Positions 1 to 8,502 of a DNA stretch of 14,534 bases are shown piece by piece. Origin of the DNA: a bacterium (GTDB lineage Bacteria > Zhuqueibacterota > Zhuqueibacteria > Oceanimicrobiales > Oceanimicrobiaceae); NCBI GenBank assembly GCA_046757025.1, contig JBHHXN010000135.1, positions 1 through 14,534 on the forward strand, written 5' to 3'. Position 1 is the first letter of the stretch, and each line of letters starts with the position of its first letter. The notes under the pieces were generated by a model. That model was not told the DNA's origin and made no database searches. It saw nothing but the letters and a program-made list of their open reading frames with translations. A program made the translations under genes and the position numbers.

Positions 1-110
1 ATTCATCAGCTTGACCTTTTTTGTTTTTGTTTAAATTATCTATGTGCGAAACTTGAGGTATTAACATTTAAAATATTTTTGGTTAGTCTTAATCCCAACC
101 GGCCATTCTT

Positions 111-635
111 TTATTCCGAATCGTATTCGATGAGCGAATGCACGGTGTAGTTGCGTAATTTATCCCGCCCTTTCAAAAAGTTTAACTCAATCAAAAAAAC
201 GACGCCGCTTACCACACCGCCAAGTTTTTCCACCAAATTGACCGTGGCTCTCGCGGTGCCACCTGTGGCCAGCAAATCATCGACCACCAGCACCCGCTCG
301 CCCGACAGAATGCCGTCTTTGTGAATTTCTAAACTGTCCGTGCCGTATTCAAGCTCATATTCTTCGGCGACCGATTCAGCAGGCAGTTTGCCTGGCTTTC
401 TCACGGGAACAAAGCCAATTTTCCACTTGTAAGCCAGCGCAGCGCCAAAAACAAATCCGCGCGATTCAATACCGACGATTTTGTCGATTTTTTGTGGGTC
501 GAATTTTGCAGAAATTTCTTCAATTGAACGGTAAAAGGCTTCGCCGTCTTTCAACAGTGTGGTGATGTCCTTGAAGCCAATTCCCTTTTTGGGAAAATCG
601 GGTACATTTCTAATATACTGTTCTAAATTCGCCAT
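111..635 (-). CDS. apt: adenine phosphoribosyltransferase
   Basis: Motifs PDFPKKGIGFKDIT, GIESRGF, RKPGKLP, YELEYG and PRPP-binding VLVVDDLLATGGT; AGGAG RBS upstream. Confidence 0.97.
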   Translation of the reverse strand: MANLEQYIRNVPDFPKKGIGFKDITTLLKDGEAFYRSIEEISAKFDPQKIDKIVGIESRGFVFGAALAYKWKIGFVPVRKPGKLPAESVAEEYELEYGTDSLEIHKDGILSGERVLVVDDLLATGGTARATVNLVEKLGGVVSGVVFLIELNFLKGRDKLRNYTVHSLIEYDSE

Positions 636-655
636 AAAGCCGCTCCTGATTGAAA

Positions 656-931
656 TTAAAATTCCACCTTAAATGATGTAAAGTGACCGGTAAAATCGCC
701 TCTACTTTCTTGAACATGTTCGACCCTTGAAAAAGTCGGTCCCTTTTTGATAATGGCGATCAGCTTCTCTATACCATCTTCCTCTCCTTCTGCCACCACT
801 TCCACCGAGCCATCGAACATGTTTTTGACATACCCTTGCAAATGCAAATGTTCAGCTTGCCGTACCACAAACCATCGAAAGCCAACCCCCTGAACTCTTC
901 CTTGGACATTTAGTTTCACAGAAATCATCAT
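656..931 (-). CDS. acyP: acylphosphatase
   Basis: GRVQGVGFR and [17 protein letters not shown] signatures; ~90 aa; start at 931 or 928. Confidence 0.95.
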   Translation of the reverse strand: MMISVKLNVQGRVQGVGFRWFVVRQAEHLHLQGYVKNMFDGSVEVVAEGEEDGIEKLIAIIKKGPTFSRVEHVQESRGDFTGHFTSFKVEF

Positions 932-932
932 A

Positions 933-1388
933 TCAGGAGATCAATTCAAAAACTTTTTTAACCGCTTCATCTGCACTTTCTGCCACTACCATTGCCGGGT
1001 CAATGGACCAGGTTTTTAAGCCAATAAGGGGGACTTGAAATTTTAAACAAAATGAAATCTCGGAAAGCGTGCCAAATTCTCCGTCGATGGCGATGACCGC
1101 GTCGGCAGTTCGCACGATGATGAGGTTCCTCGCCACTCCTAATCCGGTGGCGATGGCAATGTCCACAAACGGATTGGCATCGGCTTTCTGGCTGCCGGGC
1201 AAAATTCCGATGGTAGTGCCGCTTTTCGATTTGGCGCCTCGACATGCGGCTTCCATCACCCCAGTTAAACCACCGCAAACCAAAAGCGCGTGGTTTTCAG
1301 CGATGCCTTTTCCCACTTCTTCCGCAAGTTGTGCAATTTCTGTGGAGCACCGGCCTCCACCAATGACGCCTATGATTTTTTTTGTCAT
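933..1388 (-). CDS. TIGR00725-like / LOG-family (SLOG) nucleotide-binding protein
   Basis: [36 protein letters not shown]. Start moved to ATG 1388 (MTKKIIGV), 2 nt after the asnS stop, instead of 1457, which would overlap asnS. Confidence 0.88.
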   Translation of the reverse strand: MTKKIIGVIGGGRCSTEIAQLAEEVGKGIAENHALLVCGGLTGVMEAACRGAKSKSGTTIGILPGSQKADANPFVDIAIATGLGVARNLIIVRTADAVIAIDGEFGTLSEISFCLKFQVPLIGLKTWSIDPAMVVAESADEAVKKVFELIS

Positions 1389-1390
1389 AG

Positions 1391-2686
1391 CTACGGATAC
1401 AATCTGTGCATCAATCGTGGAAATGGGATGGTTTCTCGAACATGGCTCAGCCCGCAAAGCCAGGCAACGGTGCGTTCAATCCCCAAACCAAAACCGGAGT
1501 GCGGCACGCTGCCGTACCGCCGCAGGTCGAGATACCACCGGAACGCCTCTTTGGGCAATTCGTGTTCTTCTAATTTGCGTTCTATAACCTGCAAGTCATC
1601 TTCTCTCTGTCCGCCGCCGATGATTTCACCGTATCCTTCAGGCGCCAACATATCCACACTTAACGAACGGTCCGGCTCGACTGGATCATTTTTCATGTAA
1701 AAGGCTTTCACCTGAGCGGGATAGCGGTGCACCAGCACCGGGCTTTCGAATTGATTCGAAATCACGGTTTCATCGGTGCCGCCAAAATCGTTGCCCCATT
1801 CGAATTCGATGTTGTTTTTTTTCAGAATATCGACGGCTTCATCGTATTTAATTCTCGGGAACGGTTTTTTGATTTTTTCCAGGGCCTGCACGTTTCTTTC
1901 GATGATCTTTAATTCTTCCCGACGGTTTTCCAGAACCCGTTCAACGATGTAGGCGATAAAATCTTCGGCCAAATCCATGTTGCCGTCCAGATCCTGATAA
2001 GCGACTTCGGGCTCGATCATCCAGAATTCCGTTAGATGCCGTCGGGTTTTGGATTTTTCTGCGCGAAAGGTCGGACCGAAACAGTACACCTTGCCAAAGG
2101 CCATGGCGCCGGCTTCCATGTAAAGCTGTCCGCTCTGCGTTAGATAGGCTTTGGTGTCGAAATAATCGGTTTCGAACAGCGTGGTGGTGCCTTCGCAGGC
2201 GGCCGGAGTAAATATGGGGGCGTCGATGAGAACAAAACCACGTTCATCAAAAAAGTTGCGGCACGCCCGGATTATCTCATGCCGGATTTTGAGGATGGCG
2301 TTTTGTTTGGACGATCGCAGCCAGATATGCCGGTGATCCATCAAAAAAGTGGTGCCATGCTCTTTAGGGGTAATGGGATATTCCTGAGCCATCTGAATGA
2401 TTTTCAAGTCGGTTAACTGCAGTTCATATCCGCTGGGGGCGCGTTTGTCTGCACGTACTTTTCCAGAAACGACAATTGAAGATTCCTGTGTGGCTTCTTC
2501 ACAGCGCTGGAAAATCGCATCCCCCACGTCTCCTTTGAAAGCCACCGCCTGAATGATGCCGGTGCCATCACGCACCTGTAAAAACCACAGTTTGCCGCTG
2601 GATCGTTTGTTGTACAGCCAGCCCGCAATCTTCACTTCTTGGTCGTCGTGTTGTGAAACATCTGAGATATAAATCTTGTCTTTCAT
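1391..2686 (-). CDS. asnS: asparagine--tRNA ligase
   Basis: OB-fold N-terminus ([22 protein letters not shown]), [56 protein letters not shown]; start ATG 2686 or TTG 2689. Confidence 0.96.
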   Translation of the reverse strand: MKDKIYISDVSQHDDQEVKIAGWLYNKRSSGKLWFLQVRDGTGIIQAVAFKGDVGDAIFQRCEEATQESSIVVSGKVRADKRAPSGYELQLTDLKIIQMAQEYPITPKEHGTTFLMDHRHIWLRSSKQNAILKIRHEIIRACRNFFDERGFVLIDAPIFTPAACEGTTTLFETDYFDTKAYLTQSGQLYMEAGAMAFGKVYCFGPTFRAEKSKTRRHLTEFWMIEPEVAYQDLDGNMDLAEDFIAYIVERVLENRREELKIIERNVQALEKIKKPFPRIKYDEAVDILKKNNIEFEWGNDFGGTDETVISNQFESPVLVHRYPAQVKAFYMKNDPVEPDRSLSVDMLAPEGYGEIIGGGQREDDLQVIERKLEEHELPKEAFRWYLDLRRYGSVPHSGFGLGIERTVAWLCGLSHVRETIPFPRLMHRLYP

Positions 2687-2725
2687 CAAATTCTACCTTT
2701 TTCGAAATAACTAGTACTTTATTTT

Positions 2726-3562
2726 TTATTTACATAGCAAGAGAGGAATCTTTGCGTGTCGCATGATTTGCTCCGTGATACTGCCTAAAATCGCCTCCCT
2801 GATTCTGGAATGGCCAAATGCCCCCATCACAATAAAATCGCATTTTTGTTCCTGAGCCACTGCAATGATTTCTTTGTCAGGTTGGCCGGACTTGCCGATT
2901 AAATCTATGAGGATGCCGTACGGTTCCAGATAAATCTGAGCCTCCTGCAAATGTTTGTTTTGCATCTGCTCATTTTCACTCACAGTGACTACGCAAACCG
3001 GCGCCTGCAATTTAACCGCAAAAAAGCCTGCCATTTGCAGCGCTTTGTTTGCCTTGCTGCTGCCATCGTACGCGATGAGAATTTTTGAGATTCTTTTAAA
3101 ATTTTTTGGACAAATTACGATGGGTTTCGGGCATTGCCGCGCCACCGCTTCCAGGGTCGCACCTACCATTTTGCTCTCCCAGCGTGCAAATTCACCGCGT
3201 GTGCCGATGATGAGTAAATCGACTAATTTTGATTTTTCAATGATGATGTCTGCAGGTGGGCCGTGAATTTTATCTGTTTCGAAATCGAGACGTTCTCTTT
3301 GGATGATAGAAGCACATTTTTTCAGCACGGCGTCCGCTTTGGCTTCCAACATCGCTTTCGATTCTTGCTGATATACAGTGGACGGAATAACCGGCACAAA
3401 TCCGTCCGTTGCCATGGTAGTAACCCACTCAAAGATGCGCACATCCACAATGGAGATCACATTGATTTTCGAACCAAAGGCTTTACCCAATTGAATGGCG
3501 TATTTGAGCTGCGCGTTGGTGTATGCGGAACCGTCCACAGAAAGCAATATCGATTTTATCAA
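2726..3562 (-). CDS. tandem-domain universal stress protein
   Basis: Two USP domains: IKSILLSVDGS...DLLIIGTRG and KILIAYDGS...DFIVMGAFGHSRIREAILGSITEQIM. Likely start is TTG 3562, with GGGGA upstream, just after the gpsA stop; the ORF track gives 3586. Confidence 0.9.
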   Translation of the reverse strand: MIKSILLSVDGSAYTNAQLKYAIQLGKAFGSKINVISIVDVRIFEWVTTMATDGFVPVIPSTVYQQESKAMLEAKADAVLKKCASIIQRERLDFETDKIHGPPADIIIEKSKLVDLLIIGTRGEFARWESKMVGATLEAVARQCPKPIVICPKNFKRISKILIAYDGSSKANKALQMAGFFAVKLQAPVCVVTVSENEQMQNKHLQEAQIYLEPYGILIDLIGKSGQPDKEIIAVAQEQKCDFIVMGAFGHSRIREAILGSITEQIMRHAKIPLLLCK

Positions 3563-3569
3563 GACCTTA

Positions 3570-4565
3570 TTATCCCCAATCTTCAAATTTGGCAGCGCGG
3601 GTCATCAAATCAAAAACCGCTTGTTGCGGATCTTTATTTTGAAACAGCACTTTATAGGCCTCTGTGATGATGGGCACTTCGACGTCGTTCTTTGCTGCCA
3701 GCTCGTAAGCGGATTTAGTTGTTTTGACACCCTCAGCCACCATAACCATTTCTGACAAAACCTGTTCAAGTGATTTGCCCTTGCCGATTTGCTCGCCAAG
3801 ATGGCGGTTGCGGCTGTATTTGCTCATACAGGTGACGATCAAATCACCCATGCCGGACAATCCGGCAAAGGTTAAAGAATCGGCGCCTAATTTCGTACCT
3901 AATCGTGTGATCTCGGCCAACGCTCTGGTGATCAAAGCCGCTTTAGTATTGTCGCCGGCTCCGACCCCATCGATGATACCGGCCGCTACCGCGATGATAT
4001 TTTTTAATGCACCGCCATATTCCACGCCGATGACGTCTTTGTGCAAATAAACTCGGAACACCGATGACATAAAGGTTTTATGAACCATTTTAGCAGTTTC
4101 GATGTTGCTGGAAGCACAAACCACGACCGTGGGAACGCCCCGGCTGACCTCCTCAGCGTGACTGGGGCCGGCTAACACAGCGATTTGATTTTCATCAAAT
4201 CGTTCCATCAAAATCTGGCTGACGCGCAGCAGCGTGTCGTTTTCAATGCCTTTGGCCACACTGATGATGATGGTCTCTTTATTAACTTCACTGAATTCGC
4301 TCATCACCGAACGCACTGCATGGGATGGTACTGAAATGACGATGATTTCATTTTGAGAAACCAATGCCGGCAGGTCGCTTGAAGTTTTGATTTCCTCTGA
4401 TAACAAAACCCCGGCCAGATACTTTTTGTTGACCCTGTCAACAGCAATGGACCGAATCACTTCCGGGTCCCGATCCCACATGGTAACCTCGTTACCGTTT
4501 TTTTGTAGAAGCAGAGCCAGCGCCGTGCCCCAACTGCCTGAACCAACTATGCCTACTTTTGCCAA
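3570..4565 (-). CDS. gpsA: NAD(P)H-dependent glycerol-3-phosphate dehydrogenase
   Basis: GSGSWGTALA, AKGIE, GPSHAEEV, GALKNIIA, GDNTKAALITR, GDLIVTC.S..SRNR; TTG start with AAGGAG RBS. Confidence 0.97.
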   Translation of the reverse strand: MAKVGIVGSGSWGTALALLLQKNGNEVTMWDRDPEVIRSIAVDRVNKKYLAGVLLSEEIKTSSDLPALVSQNEIIVISVPSHAVRSVMSEFSEVNKETIIISVAKGIENDTLLRVSQILMERFDENQIAVLAGPSHAEEVSRGVPTVVVCASSNIETAKMVHKTFMSSVFRVYLHKDVIGVEYGGALKNIIAVAAGIIDGVGAGDNTKAALITRALAEITRLGTKLGADSLTFAGLSGMGDLIVTCMSKYSRNRHLGEQIGKGKSLEQVLSEMVMVAEGVKTTKSAYELAAKNDVEVPIITEAYKVLFQNKDPQQAVFDLMTRAAKFEDWG

Positions 4566-4587
4566 AATTTCTCCTTTATGGGTTTGA

Positions 4588-5592
4588 TTATTTTATCGAG
4601 CCAATTTTTTGTGCTTGTTCACCGACTGATTCACACTCAGATAAAATAAAATCCACGGCGTTTTTTTCAACAATTAATATGAGTCCCATGCCCATATTGA
4701 ATACGGATTGCATTTCAGATTCTGGCACTTGACCGGCCTCCTGGATAAATCGAAAAATGGCCGGCGCTTCCCACGCATTCCAATCAATTACCGCTCGAAG
4801 ATCGTCTCGCAGCAGACGGGTGGTGTTGCCAATCATACCGCCGCCCGTGATGTGGGCAATCCCATGCATCGCGTCCGATTCTCGAACACGTCGAATCAGG
4901 GTTTGATAAAGACGGTGCGGTTTCAGCAACTCCACACCGAGCTGCGATTTCGTTTCGGGGATGACGTAATTCAGATCGAATTTATTTTGTTCAAACAGGG
5001 CTTTCCGTGCAAGAGAGTAGCCGTTGGTGTGCAACCCGTTTGAGGCCACGCCAATTAAAGCATCCCCGCTCTGAATTCGGCTGCCATCGATGATGCGATC
5101 TCGTTCCACAATGCCGACGATGGCCCCCGCGATGTCAAAGTTGTGTTTAGCGTACACGCCGGGCATTTCGGCGGTTTCGCCGCCGATGAGAGTGCATTCT
5201 GCGCTTTGGCTGGCGCGGATGATGCCGCTGATAATTTCTGTGACGTTCTTCTCATGAAGCTTGTCGGCAGCGATGTAGTCGAGAATGAATAACGGTTCAG
5301 CCCCACATACCATGATGTCGTTTACGCAATGATTCACCAGGTCCTCACCCAAACTGGCAAACTGCTGCATCCGTTCCGCGATTTTCACTTTTGTGCCAAT
5401 GCCATCGATGCTGGAAACCAGTACCGGCTTTTCATATTTGTCCTTGTTAAGCGGATAAAACCCAGAGAATAAACCGATCCCATGCAGATTATCTTCGCCA
5501 CAGGATTGGTCGGTAAGTGCACGAATGGATGCTTTGATTTTATCGCTGGTATTTAAATCGACGCCAGCAGATTTGTAATTTATCTCACTCAT
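4588..5592 (-). CDS. purM: phosphoribosylformylglycinamidine cyclo-ligase (AIR synthetase)
   Basis: YKSAGVD, DGIGTK, HCVNDI, GGETAEMPG, SNGLHTNGYSL, AHITGGG, FNMGMG. Confidence 0.97.
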   Translation of the reverse strand: MSEINYKSAGVDLNTSDKIKASIRALTDQSCGEDNLHGIGLFSGFYPLNKDKYEKPVLVSSIDGIGTKVKIAERMQQFASLGEDLVNHCVNDIMVCGAEPLFILDYIAADKLHEKNVTEIISGIIRASQSAECTLIGGETAEMPGVYAKHNFDIAGAIVGIVERDRIIDGSRIQSGDALIGVASNGLHTNGYSLARKALFEQNKFDLNYVIPETKSQLGVELLKPHRLYQTLIRRVRESDAMHGIAHITGGGMIGNTTRLLRDDLRAVIDWNAWEAPAIFRFIQEAGQVPESEMQSVFNMGMGLILIVEKNAVDFILSECESVGEQAQKIGSIK

Positions 5593-6136
5593 TCAAGCAT
5601 TTTAACTGCCGGTAATAGACATTTCTGATTTTATGAAAGAATCGCTTCATAGCTGGCGATTGATAATCGGCGTAGGTCCAATCATTTGCCACAAATTGGC
5701 CTCCACGGTATCGCAACTGCACGTCTCCGTAAATTCCTTTGCCCAAATAAATTCGATGGTCAAAGTTTTTAGTCGATGCAACCACAATTTTCGCCAACTC
5801 TAAATACGACGGATCCAAATTGATTTGACGTTTGCCAGATTGCGCAAACGCTTGTTCTAATTTAATAGAAAATAACTTCCATTCCACTAAATTATCTTTT
5901 TTATTCAATTGGGTAAAGCTAAAAAACTGCTTCATCAAATTCAGTCCCATTTCTTGAGCATAATAGGAAGTGTGATCAAATTTAAAAACTTCGCACTGAT
6001 AGTCGATGTTTCCAAATTGCTCTTCGAAAGTTGAAATCGATTGCTTTAATACATCTTCATGGCGAAAAGTCGCGGCTAAAAGATATTTAACGGGTTCAGG
6101 TTCTGGCAACTCGATTTTTCTTTTAGAGTTATCCAA
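5585..6136 (-). CDS. conserved hypothetical protein, DUF4416-like
   Basis: PEPVK...F.HTSYYAQEMG.NL, RQINLDPSYL, VVASTKNFDHRIYLGKGIYGD and WTYADY resemble DUF4416 members; overlaps both neighbours by 8 nt. Confidence 0.8.
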   Translation of the reverse strand: MDNSKRKIELPEPEPVKYLLAATFRHEDVLKQSISTFEEQFGNIDYQCEVFKFDHTSYYAQEMGLNLMKQFFSFTQLNKKDNLVEWKLFSIKLEQAFAQSGKRQINLDPSYLELAKIVVASTKNFDHRIYLGKGIYGDVQLRYRGGQFVANDWTYADYQSPAMKRFFHKIRNVYYRQLKCLNE

Positions 6137-6905
6137 GGATGGTTAATTCCCAAAATATGCCCAAAGTGACCATAAAGTGCACTAACATCGACAGATAGAT
6201 GCTGTTGGTTTTGTAAACAAGATAAGCCAAACCCATTCCAAACAAACTGCCAAAAATAATTCCCTCATTACCATTCGGAATGCCGATGCGATATTGCAGA
6301 AACCCATAAAAGAGGCCTTGTAACGGTATGGCGATTTTTACATTGGTGGCGGAAGCCATTCGCTCAAAAATAAAGCTGCGAAATAGGATCTCTTCGATGA
6401 TGGCTAAAAATATCGCCAGTCCGAAACCGATAATGATCAGCGTGTCGATGGGCCAACCGAGTGGAACCGGATTACGGATCTCGGTCTTTCGAAAATAAAT
6501 AAAAATACCATACGCCAACAAACTGCCCAGGGTGAAAAACAAAGACAATTTGAAATGTGCTTTTGTTTGGCCCGGATGAAAAAACAATCGGCTCCACTCT
6601 GGCCCTTCCAGAAAAATTAAAATGACTAAAATCGACAATACGATTATCAACGACTCGGGATAATCAATTCCAAGAATTCGAATAACAATCGAAATTAAAT
6701 AAAAAATAAATAAAATTTCAATAAATTTACTAAAGCTTTTGGTCGATTTTTTGAATCGTGTGAACAGAATTATCAAAAATAAGCTAGTCAGCAACAAAAA
6801 ACCATATCCAAAAAGATAGTTTTCGTAGCCAGTGAATGGCCGCCCGACTAAAAGGTAAAGACAAGAAGAAGCAAGGACGATCACAAAAGAAATGAAATTG
6901 ATCAT
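6129..6905 (-). CDS. CPBP/Abi (CAAX protease-like) multi-pass membrane protein, possibly with a degenerate active site
   Basis: Many hydrophobic segments; EEILFR motif 1, LFYGFLQY motif 2, SMLVHFMVT motif 3. Confidence 0.82.
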   Translation of the reverse strand: MINFISFVIVLASSCLYLLVGRPFTGYENYLFGYGFLLLTSLFLIILFTRFKKSTKSFSKFIEILFIFYLISIVIRILGIDYPESLIIVLSILVILIFLEGPEWSRLFFHPGQTKAHFKLSLFFTLGSLLAYGIFIYFRKTEIRNPVPLGWPIDTLIIIGFGLAIFLAIIEEILFRSFIFERMASATNVKIAIPLQGLFYGFLQYRIGIPNGNEGIIFGSLFGMGLAYLVYKTNSIYLSMLVHFMVTLGIFWELTILG

Positions 6906-6984
6906 GAACTAATAATGAGTAATTTTGAGTGAGAAATAATAAGGATAGATTAGTGGTTTCAAATTTCAGGTGCTATTAGAATTG

Positions 6985-7068
6985 TGCCGGGGGAGGGACT
7001 CGAACCCTCACGGACCGAGGTCCACTGGATTTTGAGTCCAGCGCGTCTGCCAGTTTCACCACCCCGGC
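6985..7068 (-). tRNA. tRNA-Leu(CAA)
   Basis: GCCGGGG acceptor, anticodon arm CTGGA-CT CAA AA-TCCAG, long variable arm, GGTTCGAGTCC T arm. Confidence 0.96.
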
Positions 7069-7120
7069 TATTCAAAAATTTGACTTCCTATCCCCCCCAT
7101 GAAAAATTTTGCAACCGCGG

Positions 7121-7207
7121 TGCCGAGGGCCGGACTCGAACCGGCACGGAGATAAATCTCCGAGGGATTTTAAGTCCCTTGTGTCTACCAAATTCCACCA
7201 CCCCGGC
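7121..7207 (-). tRNA. tRNA-Leu(TAA)
   Basis: Anticodon arm AGGGA-CT TAA AA-TCCCT, variable arm CGGAGAT-TT-ATCTCCG, GGTTCGAGTCC. Confidence 0.96.
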
Positions 7208-7238
7208 GCATGATTTGGCTTTTTGCCAATTAACTGAG

Positions 7239-7311
7239 AGGCGGCGATCGGATTCGAACCGATGAATAGAGGTTTTGCAGACCTCTGCCTTGGCCACTTG
7301 GCTACGCCGCC
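7239..7311 (-). tRNA. tRNA-Cys(GCA)
   Basis: GGCGGCG/CGCCGCC acceptor, U73 discriminator, GAGGT-CT GCA AA-ACCTC. Confidence 0.96.
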
Positions 7312-7317
7312 TTAGGC

Positions 7318-7355
7318 AAAAAAAGATCAGAGCCTTGCAGTGAAAACCCTGATCT
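7318..7355 (-). terminator. terminator-like hairpin in the tRNA-Gly/tRNA-Cys spacer
   Basis: Minus strand AGATCAGGGTTTT-CACTGC-AAGGCTCTGATCT (13 bp with 3 G-U pairs) followed by a T run. Confidence 0.55.
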
Positions 7356-7364
7356 AAATAGTTG

Positions 7365-7437
7365 AGCGGGAGACGGGATTCGAACCCGCGACCCTCACCT
7401 TGGCAAGGTGATGCTCTACCAGCTGAGCCACTCCCGC
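7365..7437 (-). tRNA. tRNA-Gly(GCC)
   Basis: GCGGGAG/CTCCCGC acceptor, U73, CACCT-T GCC A-AGGTG anticodon arm, GGTTCGAATCC. Confidence 0.96.
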
Positions 7438-7455
7438 AACGCTCTAAACGTGCAA

Positions 7456-7484
7456 AATATACCAAATAATTTAAAAGTATGCAA
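7456..7484 (-). promoter_or_regulatory. sigma-70-type promoter of the tRNA cluster
   Basis: TTGCAT-N17-TATATT, 18 nt upstream of tRNA-Gly. Confidence 0.7.
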
Positions 7485-7505
7485 GCAATTTTTCAGAAAA
7501 TATGG

Positions 7506-7643
7506 TTATTCTTCAGGCGGCTCACTCATCCGATCCAAGATTTTACGTCTTCTATTACGTACGGCTTTGTACAGAGTTTTGTTCTTTCTGCCAAACCAGA
7601 ATGCGATGAAAATTAACAATGAAATGATTGCAATTTTTATCAT
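7506..7643 (-). CDS. 45-aa single-pass membrane microprotein (not in the ORF track)
   Basis: Hand translation: MIKIAIISLLIFIAFWFGRKNKTLYKAVRNRRRKILDRMSEPPEE*; hydrophobic N-terminus followed by a basic tail. Confidence 0.6.
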   Translation of the reverse strand: MIKIAIISLLIFIAFWFGRKNKTLYKAVRNRRRKILDRMSEPPEE

Positions 7644-7773
7644 TTGCGAGTATAGTTATATTAAGATTTGATTAAATTAAAATTTTTCTCTTTCAAGATC
7701 AAGAAAAAATTATTATATTAAGTGACTATCCTCTAAGCTTTTATAACTTCAAAGTTCTCTCGGAGAATTGATT

Positions 7774-7953
7774 ATGGAAACCATTGATGTGAAAGAATTG
7801 ATTATTACTTGTGAAGCCTGTGGAAATGTAAAAAAGTTTACTGTGAAAGATGAGCAAGACTCTCAACTAATATTTAATGAATATTCCTGTGAAAATAATT
7901 GTGGAAGAAATCTCTACAGCTTTATAACAGTAGGTACACTTAAAAGAGATTGA
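7774..7953 (+). CDS. 59-aa small protein with four Cys (CxxC...CxxxC), putative metal-binding
   Basis: GGAGA RBS 7 nt before ATG 7774; CEACG and CENNCG. Confidence 0.72.
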   Translation: METIDVKELIITCEACGNVKKFTVKDEQDSQLIFNEYSCENNCGRNLYSFITVGTLKRD

Positions 7954-8184
7954 AAATAACATTTGTTAAAGCACAAGCCAATATGCTTAAATTCTAAAAG
8001 TTAGGAATTAAAAAATCAATCCCCAAACTAGAATCAGCCTATTTCTTTTCAATTGCAACAGTTATTAGTTTGGGTTAGCATATTCAGTTCCCCTGAATGC
8101 CATTTTCAGAATCCTATTTTTGACTTTCCTGTAGAATATAGTTGATATTACTTTTTAAAGACAGTTTGGAAGAAAGTTTGATAG

Positions 8185-8224
8185 AAAAACGAAAGCCCAA
8201 CTTAAGAATAAGTTGGGCTTTTTT
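8185..8224. terminator. bidirectional intrinsic terminator downstream of tRNA-Ala
   Basis: AAAGCCCAACTTA-AGAA-TAAGTTGGGCTTT perfect stem flanked by A and T runs. Confidence 0.88.
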
Positions 8225-8225
8225 G

Positions 8226-8299
8226 TGGAGCCGATGGGGATCGAACCCACGACCTCATGACTGCCAGTCATGCGCTCTCCCAAACTGAGCTACGGCCCC
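8226..8299 (-). tRNA. tRNA-Ala(GGC)
   Basis: GGGGCCG/CGGCTCC acceptor with G3:U70, CATGA-CT GGC AG-TCATG. Confidence 0.96.
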
Positions 8300-8340
8300 A
8301 TATTTGTTCGTAAAGATCTGAAAAACAAAAACCGCTGAAT

Positions 8341-8502
8341 TCACTTTTTCCAGTCAAACTCTTTGAGAAGCTTTTCCGCGATCTTTTCCGTTATCGCTTG
8401 AGTATGATAAAATCCATTCCAGAAGCGCTTGCGGATGATATCTAACTTTTTTTCCTTTTCGGATTTGACTATGTTAGTTAGTTCTCTAGTGATTTTAAAC
8501 AC
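8341..8502 (-). CDS. short FlgM-like (anti-sigma-28 C-terminal domain) protein, ~53 aa (not in the ORF track)
   Basis: Hand translation from GTG 8502: MFKITRELTNIVKSEKEKKLDIIRKRFWNGFYHTQAITEKIAEKLLKEFDWKK*. Resembles the FlgM pattern (R/K)xxKVxxIKxxIxxGxY...xxIAxKLL. Start is uncertain. Confidence 0.62.
   Translation of the reverse strand: MFKITRELTNIVKSEKEKKLDIIRKRFWNGFYHTQAITEKIAEKLLKEFDWKK

Noticed and set aside
1..25. Possible start of the next minus-strand gene (AAAGG...ATG AAT at 6..1)
   Set aside because: Only two codons are inside the window, too little to support a call.
1000..5306. Numerous alternative-frame and antisense ORFs inside housekeeping genes (likewise within 9140-14420)
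   Set aside because: They are overlapped by confidently identified genes and show no motifs.
6985..7437. CRISPR-like or tandem repeats (recurring ttcgaacc/ctcgaacc and ccaccccggc)
   Set aside because: These are conserved tRNA T-arm and acceptor/D-arm sequences.
6984..7465. ORFs 6984..7265 (+) and 7088..7465 (-)
   Set aside because: They run through four tRNA genes and are shadow ORFs.
7408..7671. 87-aa plus-strand ORF
   Set aside because: It overlaps tRNA-Gly and its promoter, and is antisense to the more protein-like 45-aa ORF.
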